DNA of 64,000 nt from an uncultured Verrucomicrobiae bacterium. Lineage in GTDB: Bacteria; Verrucomicrobiota; Verrucomicrobiia; Limisphaerales; JAFGQR01. The notes below the pieces were generated by a model. It ran no database searches. It saw nothing but the letters and a program-made list of their open reading frames with translations, and was not told the origin of the DNA. The DNA lies in assembly GCA_963788655.1 (NCBI GenBank), contig CAWBHS010000114.1, positions 1-64,000 of the forward strand, in the 5' to 3' direction. Both the position numbers and the translations under genes were made by a program. Shown piece after piece: positions 28,110 to 39,144 of the stretch (the first letter of the stretch is position 1; every line of letters starts with the position of its first letter).

Positions 28110-28883
28110 TTACGGGTTGGTCTGCGGCGCGTCACCGGCTTCGGACGCGGGCGCCGCGGGGCTGGCTTCCGGAGCTTCCGCCGGGGCCGTTGCTTCCGTC
28201 GGCGCGGGTTCAGGCGTGGGCTCGACCGCAGGAGTGGCGGGAGCCACTACCGCCTCTTCCGTGGAGGCCGCTGGTTTTTCCGGAACCTTGATGGCAATGC
28301 CCCGGCTGCGATAAATATCTTCCCGCAACCGCAAGTGTTGCAGGGCCGAGATGGTCGCCTTAACTACATTGGCCGCGTTCTTGGAGCCCAGGGATTTGCT
28401 CAACACATTGCGCACGCCCGCGGATTCGAGCACCGCTCGCACGGTTTTGCCCGCGATGACTCCGGTTCCGGTGGAGGCCGGGCGGAGCAGCACGTGCGCG
28501 CCACAATAATGGGTTTCGACTTCATGGGGAATGGTGTCTTCCTTGAGGGACACACGGACCATGTGGTTCCGGGCAATCTCGCCGCCTTTGCGAATGGCTT
28601 CAGCGACTTCGTTGGCTTTACCCAAGCCCACGCCCACCCGGCCCTGCTTGTCACCCACCACCATCAGGGCGCTGAAACTGAAGCGCCGGCCACCCTTGAC
28701 CACCTTGGCCGAGCGATTGATGAACACCACTTTCTCAACCAGTTCCGGCCCCGGCAAGCCATCGGCACCCAACATTTCCGTGTTGGATTCGCCTGGCCTC
28801 CGGCCCCGGCGCGGTTGCATCCGTGAGCGCTGGGGACGATCCCTTGAACCCGGACCTTTGCTCTGAGTATTGAATTCAGCCAC
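28110..28883 (-). CDS. rpsE: 30S ribosomal protein S5 with terminal extensions
   Basis: [24 protein letters not shown]. Confidence 0.97.
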   Translation of the reverse strand: MAEFNTQSKGPGSRDRPQRSRMQPRRGRRPGESNTEMLGADGLPGPELVEKVVFINRSAKVVKGGRRFSFSALMVVGDKQGRVGVGLGKANEVAEAIRKGGEIARNHMVRVSLKEDTIPHEVETHYCGAHVLLRPASTGTGVIAGKTVRAVLESAGVRNVLSKSLGSKNAANVVKATISALQHLRLREDIYRSRGIAIKVPEKPAASTEEAVVAPATPAVEPTPEPAPTEATAPAEAPEASPAAPASEAGDAPQTNP

Positions 28884-28903
28884 AGTTATTTCTCCTGGTT
28901 AAA

Positions 28904-29269
28904 TTAAAATTGCAGTCCTGCTTCGCGGGCGGCTTCGGCCAACGCTTTGACTTTGCCGTGGAATTTGGCGCCGCCGCGGTCAAACACCACCCGGGTGATG
29001 CCTTTGGTTTTGGCGGCTTCGGCGGCCAAGGTGCCCAGCCGTTTGGCGGTGGCCACATTGGCAGCCAACTGCCCGCGGTCCGGCACGTCCTTGGCGCGCG
29101 TCGAGGTGGCCACCAACGTTCGACCCACGGAATCGTCGATGAACTGGATGTAAATATGTTGGTTGGTGAAACAGACGCTCATGCGCGGGCGCTCTGCGGT
29201 ACCGATGACTTTTTTGCGAATCCGCCAATGGCGTAATTCTGCGAGACGATGCTTTCTTTGTGTCAACAT
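28904..29269 (-). CDS. rplR: 50S ribosomal protein L18
   Basis: GTAERPR, VFDRGG..FHGKV, AREAGL.F. Confidence 0.97.
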   Translation of the reverse strand: MLTQRKHRLAELRHWRIRKKVIGTAERPRMSVCFTNQHIYIQFIDDSVGRTLVATSTRAKDVPDRGQLAANVATAKRLGTLAAEAAKTKGITRVVFDRGGAKFHGKVKALAEAAREAGLQF

Positions 29270-29311
29270 GGTTAGCGGGCCACGGATTTTGCCGTAGCCA
29301 ATTCATGATTG

Positions 29312-29848
29312 TTACTGGACGGTCTTGCCTTCCTTACGGACGACATGCTCGCCGGCATAGCGCACGCCTTTGCCCTTATAGGGTTCAGGCGGGTAGTAGC
29401 TGCGCAACTCGGAGGCCACTTTGCCGACCACCTGCTTGTCGATGCCTTCCACGGTGATCTTGGTGTTGTCTTCGACCGTCACTTTGATGTTTTCGGGAAT
29501 GGGGTAATTAATGGGGTGCGAGTACCCCAGATTCATGGTGATGGTTTTGCCCTGGACGGCCGCTTTGAAGCCCACGCCCTGGATTTCCAGTTTGCGCACA
29601 TAGCCTTCACTAACGCCCTTGACCATGTTGAACACCAGCGCCCGGCTCAAGCCGTGCAGCGCCCGGTGTTTGCTCTCGTCGCTGGCGCGGGTAACCACCA
29701 CGTTGCCCGCATCCACCGAGGCGGCCGTGCCGCGCGGCAGCTCGAAGTCCAGCTTGCCCTTCGGGCCTTCGACGGCCACCAATTGCCCTTTGATCTCCAC
29801 CTTCACCTTGGCGGGGATGGGCACCGGCATTTTTCCTATTCTTGACAT
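29312..29848 (-). CDS. rplF: 50S ribosomal protein L6
   Basis: MSRIGK, PEPYKGKG. Confidence 0.98.
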   Translation of the reverse strand: MSRIGKMPVPIPAKVKVEIKGQLVAVEGPKGKLDFELPRGTAASVDAGNVVVTRASDESKHRALHGLSRALVFNMVKGVSEGYVRKLEIQGVGFKAAVQGKTITMNLGYSHPINYPIPENIKVTVEDNTKITVEGIDKQVVGKVASELRSYYPPEPYKGKGVRYAGEHVVRKEGKTVQ

Positions 29849-29873
29849 AAATCCAATAATTAGGTTCCAACGA

Positions 29874-30260
29874 TTACCAGACGTAGCAAAGCACTTCGCC
29901 GCCCACGTTCTGTTTGCGCGCCGAGGTGGCGGTCATGACCCCCTGCGAGGTGGACAAGATGGCCACTCCCAAACCGCCCCGCACCCGGGGAACCTCGGTT
30001 GCCCCCACGTAGTGGCGCAGACCCGGGCGGCTGATCCGGCGGAGCCCTTCAATGACGCCCCGGCGGCCATCGTACTTTAATTTCACCTTGAGGGTTTTGT
30101 GGCGTTTCGCTTCGACCTCGTAATCCTGGATATACCCTTCGTGCTTGAGGACGGCCGCAATGTGTTCTTTGATGCGGGAATGCGGCAGCGAGATAACCGG
30201 CAATCGGGCGCTAAGGCCATTGCGAATGCGGGTCAACAAATCGGAGATCGGGTCAGTCAT
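29874..30260 (-). CDS. rpsH: 30S ribosomal protein S8
   Basis: DPISDLLTRIRN, SRPGLR, GGEVLCYVW. Confidence 0.98.
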   Translation of the reverse strand: MTDPISDLLTRIRNGLSARLPVISLPHSRIKEHIAAVLKHEGYIQDYEVEAKRHKTLKVKLKYDGRRGVIEGLRRISRPGLRHYVGATEVPRVRGGLGVAILSTSQGVMTATSARKQNVGGEVLCYVW

Positions 30261-30264
30261 ACGT

Positions 30265-30534
30265 TTACCAACTGGCTTTGGTTACGCCGGGAATCAAGCC
30301 GGCCAGGGCGTCCTCGCGGAAGGTCAAACGCGACGAGCCGAACTTCCGGAAATACGAGTGCCGCCGTCCGGTTTTGTTGCAGCGGTTCACCACCCGCACC
30401 GGGCTGGCATCCCGCGGCAGTTGGGACAAACCGGCGTAGTCTTTTTTGCGTTTCAATTCAGCGCGGATGGCCGCGTACTTTTTCACGGTGGCCAACTTTC
30501 GCTTGTTGCGCTCGATCCAGGACTTCTTTGCCAT
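30265..30534 (-). CDS. rpsN: 30S ribosomal protein S14 (89-aa form lacking the full Zn Cys set)
   Basis: MAKKS, LPRDASP, IPGVTKASW. Confidence 0.96.
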   Translation of the reverse strand: MAKKSWIERNKRKLATVKKYAAIRAELKRKKDYAGLSQLPRDASPVRVVNRCNKTGRRHSYFRKFGSSRLTFREDALAGLIPGVTKASW

Positions 30535-30548
30535 ATTCTTTTGCTTAA

Positions 30549-31094
30549 CTATTTACCTTCGGCGAAGGGGAATCCCATCATTTTCAGCAGTTCCAGGGCC
30601 TCATCATCGGTGGGGGCCGAGGTGACGATGGTAACGTCCATGCCTTGTTGCCGTTTGATCTTGTCCAAATCCACTTCCGGAAACACAGTTTGTTCGGCGA
30701 TGCCCAGCGAATAGTTCCCACGCCCATCAAAGGATCGGGGGGACATCCCGCGAAAATCCCGAATCCGCGGCAGGGCGGTGGCCACCAGCCGATCGAAAAA
30801 CTCATACATGGTGTCCCGGCGCAACGTCACGCGGCAGCCAATGGGCTGATTTTCGCGCAACTTGAAATTGGCCACACTTTTACGGGACAAGTTAATGACC
30901 GGTTTGCGTCCGGTGATCAACGCCAAATCCTTGGCCGCATCGTCCACGGCGCTTTTTTCCAGCGAGGCGCTCACGCCCATGTTGACCACGATCTTCAACA
31001 ACCGGGGTACTTGATGCGGATTCTTGTAGCCGCGTTTTTCAACCAACGCTGGCTGCACTTCTTTGAGGTATTTCTGGTAAAGTCGGGATTTCAT
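30549..31094 (-). CDS. rplE: 50S ribosomal protein L5
   Basis: KIVVNMG, LPRIRDFRG, FDGRGNY. Confidence 0.98.
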   Translation of the reverse strand: MKSRLYQKYLKEVQPALVEKRGYKNPHQVPRLLKIVVNMGVSASLEKSAVDDAAKDLALITGRKPVINLSRKSVANFKLRENQPIGCRVTLRRDTMYEFFDRLVATALPRIRDFRGMSPRSFDGRGNYSLGIAEQTVFPEVDLDKIKRQQGMDVTIVTSAPTDDEALELLKMMGFPFAEGK

Positions 31095-31107
31095 TTCGCT
31101 CGGTCCT

Positions 31108-31404
31108 TTATGCCTCCGGTGCGGGGGTGGCCGCCGTCCCGCGCTGGGCGGCGCGCTCGTCGAATTTCGTGGCCAGCATCACGTTGGAGATGTGGATGGT
31201 GCCTTCGCGCTCAATGATGGCCCCCTGCTGCTGCGTCTCCGCTGAGCGGCCTTTTTTCATGTGGCGCTTGATCATCTTGGCGCCTTCGACAATAACGCGC
31301 TGTTTGCCGGGTTGCACCTGCAGGATCTTGCCACGCTTGCCGCGCTCGGTGCCGGCAATCACCACCACTTCGTCGCCCTTTTTCACGTGAAATCGTTGTC
31401 GCAT
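31108..31404 (-). CDS. rplX: 50S ribosomal protein L24
   Basis: KKGDEVVVIAG...GKRG, IHISNV. Confidence 0.95.
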   Translation of the reverse strand: MRQRFHVKKGDEVVVIAGTERGKRGKILQVQPGKQRVIVEGAKMIKRHMKKGRSAETQQQGAIIEREGTIHISNVMLATKFDERAAQRGTAATPAPEA

Positions 31405-31409
31405 AACTT

Positions 31410-31775
31410 TCAAATAACTTCCGGGGCCAGGGAAATGATCTTCATGAATTTCTTCTCGCGCAATTCGCGCGCCACCGGGCCAAAAATGCGGGTGCCCTTG
31501 GGGTTGTTGTCGGCATCGATGATGACGATCGCGTTCGAGTCGAATCGCAACGTGGAACCGTCCTTGCGGTGAATGGTCTTGCGGGTGCGCACCACCACGG
31601 CATTGACCACGTCGCCTTTCTTGACGGAGCCGTCCGGCGTGGCTTCCTTGATGTGCGCCTTGATAATGTCCCCGATGCGGGCGTAACGCTGGTTGCGGCC
31701 GAGCACCCCGATGGTGGCGGCCCGCTTGGCCCCAGTGTTGTCGGCCACGTCGAGAATGGATCGAATTTGTAACAT
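31410..31775 (-). CDS. rplN: 50S ribosomal protein L14
   Basis: [26 protein letters not shown]. Confidence 0.98.
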   Translation of the reverse strand: MLQIRSILDVADNTGAKRAATIGVLGRNQRYARIGDIIKAHIKEATPDGSVKKGDVVNAVVVRTRKTIHRKDGSTLRFDSNAIVIIDADNNPKGTRIFGPVARELREKKFMKIISLAPEVI

Positions 31776-31787
31776 AATCGTGCCTCG

Positions 31788-32090
31788 TTATTTGGCGGCT
31801 GCCTGCGCCTCGCGATTGCGCTCGATCACTTCGACCAAACGCCACCGTTTGAGCTTGGACATGGGCCGGATTTCGGCAATCCGCACCCGGTCGCCCGGCT
31901 GGGCTTCGCCCTTCGCATCGTCCACATAAAACCGTTTGTAGGCGGTGACGACTTTTTTGAAGCGCGGATGGGCAAACCGGCGCTGCACCTGCACCACGAT
32001 GGTCTTCGCCATTTTACTGGGAACGACCTCGCCAATGCGTTCTTTGCGATGACCGCGGGCTGGGATGGTTGGAGTTTCAGACATAGGCAT
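31788..32090 (-). CDS. rpsQ: 30S ribosomal protein S17
   Basis: KMAKTIVV, RPMSKLKRWRL. Confidence 0.96.
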   Translation of the reverse strand: MPMSETPTIPARGHRKERIGEVVPSKMAKTIVVQVQRRFAHPRFKKVVTAYKRFYVDDAKGEAQPGDRVRIAEIRPMSKLKRWRLVEVIERNREAQAAAK

Positions 32091-32094
32091 TCAA

Positions 32095-32301
32095 TCAAGC
32101 GGCGGTTTGGCGCAGTTGGGTCATCCGGGTTTCCACGCGGGCGATGTCCCGGCGCAGGGTGCGCAGACGCGCCGGCTGTTCGAGTTGGCTGCTGGCCTGC
32201 TGCAACCGCAGGTTGAACACTTCCTGACGCAGGTCGCGGCTCTTGGCCTGCAGTTCGACCAACGTCATATCTAACATTGCTTTACGCTCTTCTTTTTTCA
32301 T
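32095..32301 (-). CDS. rpmC: 50S ribosomal protein L29
   Basis: FNLRLQ...QL, RRDIARVET; operon position. Confidence 0.93.
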   Translation of the reverse strand: MKKEERKAMLDMTLVELQAKSRDLRQEVFNLRLQQASSQLEQPARLRTLRRDIARVETRMTQLRQTAA

Positions 32302-32316
32302 AGACGCGGTCCAGTC

Positions 32317-32736
32317 CTAAACGTGGATGTGTCGGGAAACAAAACGGGTGCGGAACGGCAGCTTGGTGGCCGCCAGGCGCAAGCATTGGCGGGCGCTGGC
32401 TTCAGTTACGCCGTCCACTTCGAACAACACGGTTGCTGGCTTGATGACGGCCACCCAGGATTCCAGGGGACCTTTGCCCTTGCCCATGCGAGTTTCCAGC
32501 GGCTTCTTGGTAAAGGATTTCTGAGGGAAGACCCGAATCCACATTTTGCCGTGCCGTTTCATGGCGCGGGAAATGGCCACGCGGGCGGCTTCAATCTGTT
32601 TGGTGTCCAGCCAGCCACGGTCCATGGACTGCAACCCGTATTCGCCAAAGGCCACCGTGTTGCACCGGGTCGCGAACCCGGCCCGGCTGCCCCGTTGCAT
32701 TTTGCGATACTTAACTCTCTCTGGTATTAACGGCAT
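32317..32736 (-). CDS. rplP: 50S ribosomal protein L16
   Basis: QIEAAR, KKPLETRMGKGKG. Confidence 0.98.
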   Translation of the reverse strand: MPLIPERVKYRKMQRGSRAGFATRCNTVAFGEYGLQSMDRGWLDTKQIEAARVAISRAMKRHGKMWIRVFPQKSFTKKPLETRMGKGKGPLESWVAVIKPATVLFEVDGVTEASARQCLRLAATKLPFRTRFVSRHIHV

Positions 32737-32754
32737 AAGACAGATTCCTCCCGC

Positions 32755-33432
32755 TTAGCTGGGAATAGCGCCCAGGATCATGGTTTCCGGGGGTTTGGCT
32801 TTTTCAGGTTTATTTTCGCCACTGCAAACCCAGCACTTGATGCCCAGTTTGCCGTACAGCGTACGGGCTTCGGCAAAGCCATAATCAATGTTGGCCCGCA
32901 AGGTGTGCAGCGGCACCCGGCCTTGGTGATACATTTCCACCCGCGACAGTTCCGCGCCACCCAGGCGGCCACCGCAGCGGATTTTGATCCCTTCGGCGCC
33001 AAAATCCCGGGCCGTTTGTACGGCCTTCTTCATGGCACGGCGGAAGGAGACGCGCCGTTCAAGCTGCAAGGCCACGTTTTCCGCAATCAATTGGGCGTCA
33101 ATTTCCGGGTGCTTGATCTCCAGGATATCCACGTAGATCTCCTTGCCGGTCATCACGCTCAATTCTTCCTTGAGGCGATCGATTTCCGCCCCCTTGCGCC
33201 CGATCACAACCCCCGGACGAGCGGTCAGGATGGTAATGCGGCAGCGCGTGGCCGCGCGCTCAATCAAGATGCGCGGCACCGAGGCCGACTCGAGTTTCTT
33301 TTTCAATAGCTCCCGGATTTTACGATCTTCAGCCAGTAACCGGCTAAAGTCTTTCTTCTCGGAATACCACTTGGAGCGCCAGTCCTTATTGACCGCCACT
33401 CGCAAACCGATTGGATTGGTTTTTTGTCCCAT
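32755..33432 (-). CDS. rpsC: 30S ribosomal protein S3
   Basis: [32 protein letters not shown]. Confidence 0.98.
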   Translation of the reverse strand: MGQKTNPIGLRVAVNKDWRSKWYSEKKDFSRLLAEDRKIRELLKKKLESASVPRILIERAATRCRITILTARPGVVIGRKGAEIDRLKEELSVMTGKEIYVDILEIKHPEIDAQLIAENVALQLERRVSFRRAMKKAVQTARDFGAEGIKIRCGGRLGGAELSRVEMYHQGRVPLHTLRANIDYGFAEARTLYGKLGIKCWVCSGENKPEKAKPPETMILGAIPS

Positions 33433-33437
33433 AACGG

Positions 33438-33770
33438 TTATTCGTCCGACAAAACTATTTTCACATGACAATGGCGCTTCAACACCGGCCCCGCTGAACC
33501 GCGGGCCTTGGGCGTGAAACGTTTGTTGGTCGTTCCGGTTTGCGCCACCGCTTCCCGAACGACCAGGTTCTGCGCCTTGGCGGACTTGTTGTTCTCCGCA
33601 TTGGCAATGGCCGACTTCAAGGTCTTCGCCACCCACCGCGCCGATTTCCGCGGTACCACTTCGAGGGTCGCCTGCGCCTTCAACGCCGGCAGACCCTGAA
33701 TCTGCCGCGTGACCTCGTGCATCTTCTGGCGCGACATCGGGATGTTCTTGGTAATTGCGTGGACTTGCAT
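33438..33770 (-). CDS. rplV: 50S ribosomal protein L22
   Basis: [17 protein letters not shown]. Confidence 0.96.
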   Translation of the reverse strand: MQVHAITKNIPMSRQKMHEVTRQIQGLPALKAQATLEVVPRKSARWVAKTLKSAIANAENNKSAKAQNLVVREAVAQTGTTNKRFTPKARGSAGPVLKRHCHVKIVLSDE

Positions 33771-33776
33771 AGTCGT

Positions 33777-34058
33777 CTATTTAGCTTCGGCCTTGGCCGT
33801 GTGCGCGCCGTGTTTGCGGAAGGTCCGGGTGAGGGAAAATTCGCCCAACCGGTGGCCCACCATGTTTTCCGTCACAAACACCGGGTTGAACACTTTGCCA
33901 TTGTGTACGTTGAAGGTCAGCCCGACAAAATCCGGTGTGATCACCGACCGGCGCGACCAAGTCTTGATCGGCACCTTGGACTTCGTTTCTTTGGCCTTGG
34001 TGATCTTGTCCAGCAAATGCTGGTCGATGAACGGACCTTTTTTAATTGAACGTCCCAT
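33777..34058 (-). CDS. rpsS: 30S ribosomal protein S19
   Basis: [24 protein letters not shown]. Confidence 0.98.
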   Translation of the reverse strand: MGRSIKKGPFIDQHLLDKITKAKETKSKVPIKTWSRRSVITPDFVGLTFNVHNGKVFNPVFVTENMVGHRLGEFSLTRTFRKHGAHTAKAEAK

Positions 34059-34064
34059 AAGCGT

Positions 34065-34919
34065 TTACTTGAGTTTCATGGGGCGGCCGTCCCGGCGCAC
34101 CACGATGAATCGATTGGATTGTTTCTTCCGGTCCCGGGTTCGGTAGCCTTTGGCCAACAATCCCCACGGGGAGGTCAAGTGCTGCCGGCCGCCACCGCTC
34201 TTGGATTTGCCGGCGCCGCCGCCATTGGGATGGTCCACCGGGTTGCGGGCCACGCCGCGGCTGATCATGCGAATGCCGCGATGCCGGGAACGGCCGGCCT
34301 TGCCCAAAACGACATTCTCATGTTCCAAGTTGCCAACCTGCCCGATCGTCGCGTAGCAGTTTTCATTGATCTTGCGGATTTCCCCCGAGGGCAGGCGAAT
34401 CTGGGCATACCCTTCATCACGCGACATCAAAGCGGCTTCGCTGCCGGCGCTGCGCACAATCTGGCCGCCGCGCCCCGGGGTCAACTCAATGTTGTGAATC
34501 GGTAATCCGACGGGAACCGTTCGCAGCGGAAGGCAGTTGCCCAATTCGGCCGGCGCCGTGGGGCCGCTGACGATTTTCGTGCCCACTTTGAGGCCATGGG
34601 GCGCAATAATGTAGCGTTTTTCGCCGTCGGCATACGTCAACAACGCCAATCGGGCCGAGCGAATGGGATCGTATTCGATGGCGGTGACGGTGGCTTCAAT
34701 ACCGTGTTTCTTCCGCCGGAAATCGACTTGCCGAATTTTCTGTTTGTGGCCGCCGCCGATACCGCGGGCGGTGATGCGGCCATAGCAGTTGCGGCCACCC
34801 GTTTTCTTGCGGGTCTTGACCAGCTTCTTTTCGGGCTTGGTCTTGGTGATCTCCGCGAACGACGCGATAGTCATATATCGCGTGGAGGGCGTGAGCGGTC
34901 TGAAAGTCTTTACTGGCAT
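34065..34919 (-). CDS. rplB: 50S ribosomal protein L2
   Basis: EYDP.RSA, NIEL.PG.GGQ, NPVDHP.GGG. Confidence 0.98.
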   Translation of the reverse strand: MPVKTFRPLTPSTRYMTIASFAEITKTKPEKKLVKTRKKTGGRNCYGRITARGIGGGHKQKIRQVDFRRKKHGIEATVTAIEYDPIRSARLALLTYADGEKRYIIAPHGLKVGTKIVSGPTAPAELGNCLPLRTVPVGLPIHNIELTPGRGGQIVRSAGSEAALMSRDEGYAQIRLPSGEIRKINENCYATIGQVGNLEHENVVLGKAGRSRHRGIRMISRGVARNPVDHPNGGGAGKSKSGGGRQHLTSPWGLLAKGYRTRDRKKQSNRFIVVRRDGRPMKLK

Positions 34920-34932
34920 AACAAAGGGGGCG

Positions 34933-35214
34933 TTAAGTGAGCACAATCTTGTCACCCTCCTTCAGGGTGACCACCGCTTTTTTCCAATCCGCCGATTTGC
35001 CCTGATCGGGACGGCGTTGCCGGCGGGCTTTGCCATGCACCGTCATGGTGTTGACACGGACCACTTTGACCTTGAACAACTCTTCCACCGCCCGCTTGAT
35101 CTGGATCTTGTTGGCCCGGCGGTCGGCAACCACGGTGTACTGGTTGAATTTTTCGCCCTGGCGGGTGCCCTTTTCCGTCAGGCGGGCGGTCTTGATGATT
35201 TCAAAAGCGTTCAT
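34933..35214 (-). CDS. rplW: 50S ribosomal protein L23
   Basis: TEK, ANKIQIK.AVE.LF, WKKAVVTL. Confidence 0.97.
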   Translation of the reverse strand: MNAFEIIKTARLTEKGTRQGEKFNQYTVVADRRANKIQIKRAVEELFKVKVVRVNTMTVHGKARRQRRPDQGKSADWKKAVVTLKEGDKIVLT

Positions 35215-35218
35215 GCAA

Positions 35219-35841
35219 TCAGTTCTTCAAACGGGCTTCGAGTTTTTCAAAGGCACTGCGGGTGAACAGGAGTTTGTCGGGATGCAGCACTTGGTAGGTG
35301 TGGACCATGTCGCTGGTGGTGACAAGCACCTTGGGCACATTGCGGGCCGCCAAGTTCAAGTTCTGTTCCTGGGCGGCCGTCACGACCAGCGCCGAACCTT
35401 CCAGTCCCAAAGTCTTGAGGAGGGCGACAAATTCGCTGGTCTTCGGGGCATCCAGTTTCAGATCGTCCACCACCATCACATCGCCGGCGTTCAACCGCTC
35501 GCTCATCGCCTTGCGCAACGCCAGTTGCTTGGTCTTCTTGGTGACCTTCTTGCCGAAATCGCGCGGTTTGGGGCCGAACACCACACCGCCGCCCGGCCAA
35601 GTGGCGAGGCGAAGGAACCGGCTCGCGCCCGGCCTGTGCCTTTCTGCCGCCAGGGTTTTTTGCCGGTGCCAGCGACTTCGCCCATCGTTTTGGTGCAGGC
35701 GGTGCCCATCCGTTGGTTGGCCTGATACGCCACCACGGTGTCATGCACTGCCTGGGTGCCTTTGCCGCCTTCGACCAGCGGGAACTGCACCTTCAGCTCC
35801 CCCTGGTCCTGGCCCTTGATATCTTTAACCGCAAGCTTCAT
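35219..35841 (-). CDS. rplD: 50S ribosomal protein L4 (one frameshift near 35599, probably sequence error)
   Basis: [15 protein letters not shown] in one frame, [10 protein letters not shown] in another; one missing T restores SPLWPGGG. Confidence 0.93.
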
Positions 35842-35850
35842 GGTCATTCC

Positions 35851-36551
35851 TTACTTGGCCGCTTTCTTGCCGCCTTTGCCCTTGGCTTCTTCGGCAGCCG
35901 CTTTCTTGACAGTGCCCTGAGGCATTTTCTTGGCTTCCCGAATAACCACATAATCCCCGTTCGCGCCGGGAATCGCACCACGGATCAACAGGACATTGTC
36001 CGCCTCGCGCACTTGGATGATCTCCAAGATTCTGCACCGTGCGCCGCACCTGGCCCATGTGACCGGGCATTTTCATGCCGCGCATGACTGTGCCGGGGAA
36101 ACAGACGGCTGCCGATGGCGCCGGTCCGCCGATGCCACCCTTGGCGCCGTGGGTCAGATCGCCGCCCGGAAATTGTATCGCTTGACGACGCCTTCAAATC
36201 CCCGTCCTTTGGTCACGCCAATGGCATCCACAAAATCGCCGACCGCAAAAAGGTCGGTCCGACAAGATCGCCGGGTTTCACTTCCTTCGAGAAATCGCGG
36301 AACTCCTTGATGCGTTTCACAGGCTGGGCGCCATGTCTTCTTGAAATGACCCAGCATGCGCTTGGTGACGCGGTGTTCTTTCTGGTCGTCGAAGCCAAGT
36401 TGGACGGCCTTGTAACCGTCCGATTTCCGAGGTCTTGCACTGCAGGACACGGTTGGGTCCCGCCAGCACGACCGTGACCGGACACGCAATTGCCTTCGGC
36501 GTCATACACACGCGTCTGGCCCAGTTTCTTTCCTAACAGTCCGAGAGGCAT
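35851..36551 (-). CDS. rplC: 50S ribosomal protein L3 (several frameshifts)
   Basis: GLLGKKLGQT, GYKAVQLGF, KGRGFEGVVKR and KMPGHMG lie in different frames. Confidence 0.92.
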
Positions 36552-36556
36552 AGCGT

Positions 36557-36864
36557 TTAAATTTTGATCGTGATGTCCACCCCGGCGGGCAGGTTGAGCT
36601 TCTTCAGTTCATCCACCGTCTTGGCGGTCGGCTCGATAATGTCGAGCAGCCGCTTGTGCGTGCGTTGCTCGAAAGTCTCCTGCGACTTCTTGTCCGCGTG
36701 CGGGGAACGCTGCATGGTGAACCGTTCGATGCGGGTCGGCAGCGGGATTGGACCCGCTACCCGCGCGCCGGTGCGTTTGACGGTTTCCGCGATGTCCGGG
36801 CCGAATGGTCGATGACCCGATGGTCAAAGGCCTTCAGTCGGATGCGAATCCGTTGTCCAGCCAT
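36557..36864 (-). CDS. rpsJ: 30S ribosomal protein S10 (frameshifted)
   Basis: [12 protein letters not shown] start; [30 protein letters not shown] readable downstream. Confidence 0.92.
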
Positions 36865-36891
36865 AAAAGAACAATTGTTTCAAATCCAAGT

Positions 36892-39073
36892 TTAACTGCG
36901 CGCCGGCTTCTTGTCGGCCGAATCAATGATGGTCGCGGCAATGCTGCTCGGTACCGGCTCAAAACAGAGCGGTTCCATGGAATAGGCCGCCCGTCCTTTC
37001 GAAAGGAACGGATGGCCGTGGCGTAGCCGAACATTTCCGACAGCGGCACCTCGGCGTTGAGACTGGTGCCGCCACTCTTGATCTCAATCCCGGTGATCTT
37101 GCCGCGACGCCGGTTGAGGTCGCCAAGCAGGTCGCCCTGATATTCGTCCGGGGTGGTGACTTCCACCTTCATGACCGGCTCCAGCAGAATCGGCGCGGCC
37201 TTCTTGCAGGCGTCCTTGAAGGCAAAGATGCCGGCCATTTTGAAGGCCAGTTCACTGGAGTCAACCTCATGGAAGGTGCCATCGACAATGGCAATCTTGA
37301 GGTCCACCATCTGATAGTTGGCCACGTAACCACCGGCCACTCGCTTCCTTGAGCCCATTGATGACCGCGGGAATGTATTCTTTGGGAATCGCCCCGCCGA
37401 CGATCTTATTTTCGATCTCAATGCCCTTGCCGCGTTCGTTGGGAGCCACTTTGATGCACGCGTGCCCGTATTGGCCGCGGCCACCGGACTGGCGGATGAA
37501 TTTGCCCTCACCTTCGGCCGGTTTGGTAATGGTTTCGCGATAGGCGATTTGCGGCACGCCGGCATTGGCCTGGACTTTGAACTCCCGGAACAGGCGGTCC
37601 CGAATGATGTCCAGGTGCAACTCACCCATGCCCGCGATGATGAGTTGGCCGGTTTCCTCGTTGGTGAAACAGCGGAACGTGGGATCTTCTTCCGCCAAGC
37701 GCTGCAAGCCCTCACTGACATTTCTCGCGGTCGGCTTTGGTCTTCGGCTCGACCGCCATGCGAGATCACCGGTTCGGGGAACGTCGGCGGTTCGAGCACT
37801 AGTTCCAGGATCTTCGTCGCAAAGGGTGTCGCCGGTGGTGATGTTCCTCAAGCCGACCAGCGCGGCAATGTCGCCGGCATACACGCGGTCCAGTTCAATG
37901 CGCTTATCCGCCTGCAATCATCATGACCCGGTTTACGCGTTCGCGGCTGCGGGTGCGCGGATTATAAATCATGTCGCCCTTCTTGAACTGGCCACTATAG
38001 ACGCGGAAAAAGACCAGCTTGCCCACATAGGGATCGCTCCACAGTTTGAACGCCAGGGAACAGAATTTGGCGTTGTCGTCGGTGGGCACCGGGACGCGTT
38101 CCTCCTCGGAACCCAGCGCAAAACCAAAAGCGGGCGGCACGTCCAGCGGGGAGGGCAGGTAATCCAGGATGGAGTCAATCAGCGACTGCACGGCGCTTTT
38201 CTTAAACGCCGAACCGCACAAGACGGGTACCAGTTCGAGCTTGCAGGTCAGCCGCCGGATGGCCGCCTTCAACACCAGCGGGGGAATCGGTTGATCATGG
38301 ATGATCAATTCGGCCACCGTGTCGTCCTTGTTGGAAACCGCGTCCATCAACTCCGCCAGCGCCGTCTGGGCGGCATCCTGCAATTCAGCGGGAATTTCCG
38401 TAATCTGGTAGTTCAATCCGTCCGGATCGGCTGGATCGTAGCGAATCGCCTTCTGATTAACCACATCCACAACCCCGTGAAAATTGTCTTCCTTACCAAT
38501 GGGAATAAAAATCGGATACGCGTAGGCACCCAGCTTCTTGCGCATTTCGCTGACGGCGTTTTCGAAATTGGCGCCGGTGCGGTCCATCTTGTTGACGAAG
38601 GCAATGCGCGGCACTTTGTATTTTGTGGCCTGCCGCCAGACCGTTTCCGATTGCGGCTGCACGCCGGCCACACCGCAAAACACCGCCACGGCGCCGTCGA
38701 GCACCCGCATGGAACGTTCGACTTCCGCCGTGAAATCCACGTGTCCCGGAGTGTCGATGATGTTGATCCGATGCTCGATCCCCGGAAACAGTTTCTCGCA
38801 CTCCTCCGGTTTCTGCGTCCAGTAACAGGTCGTCGCGGCCGAGGTGATGGTGATGCCGCGTTCCCGCTCCTGCTCCATCCAATCGGTCACCGTGTTGCCG
38901 TCATCCACGTTGCCCATCCGGTGGATCAGGCCCGCGTAGAAGAGAATCCGCTCGGTCGTCGTCGTCTTCCCCGCGTCAATGTGCGCCGCAATCCCGATGT
39001 TGCGCGTCTGTTCCAGCGCATAGAGCCGATCCGGCGAATTGACTGATCTCTTCTCTTCCATTACTGCTTGCAT
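36892..39073 (-). CDS. fusA: Elongation factor G (several frameshifts in 3' half)
   Basis: AHIDAGKTT, DTPGH, NKMD, GMGELHL, QSGGRGQYG, LLEPVM. Confidence 0.95.
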
Positions 39074-39144
39074 CGAAATATCCAGTGATAAGAAAACGCC
39101 CCGATAAGTATCGTCCACCACCGGGGCGTTGAAATAGTTCGTAA

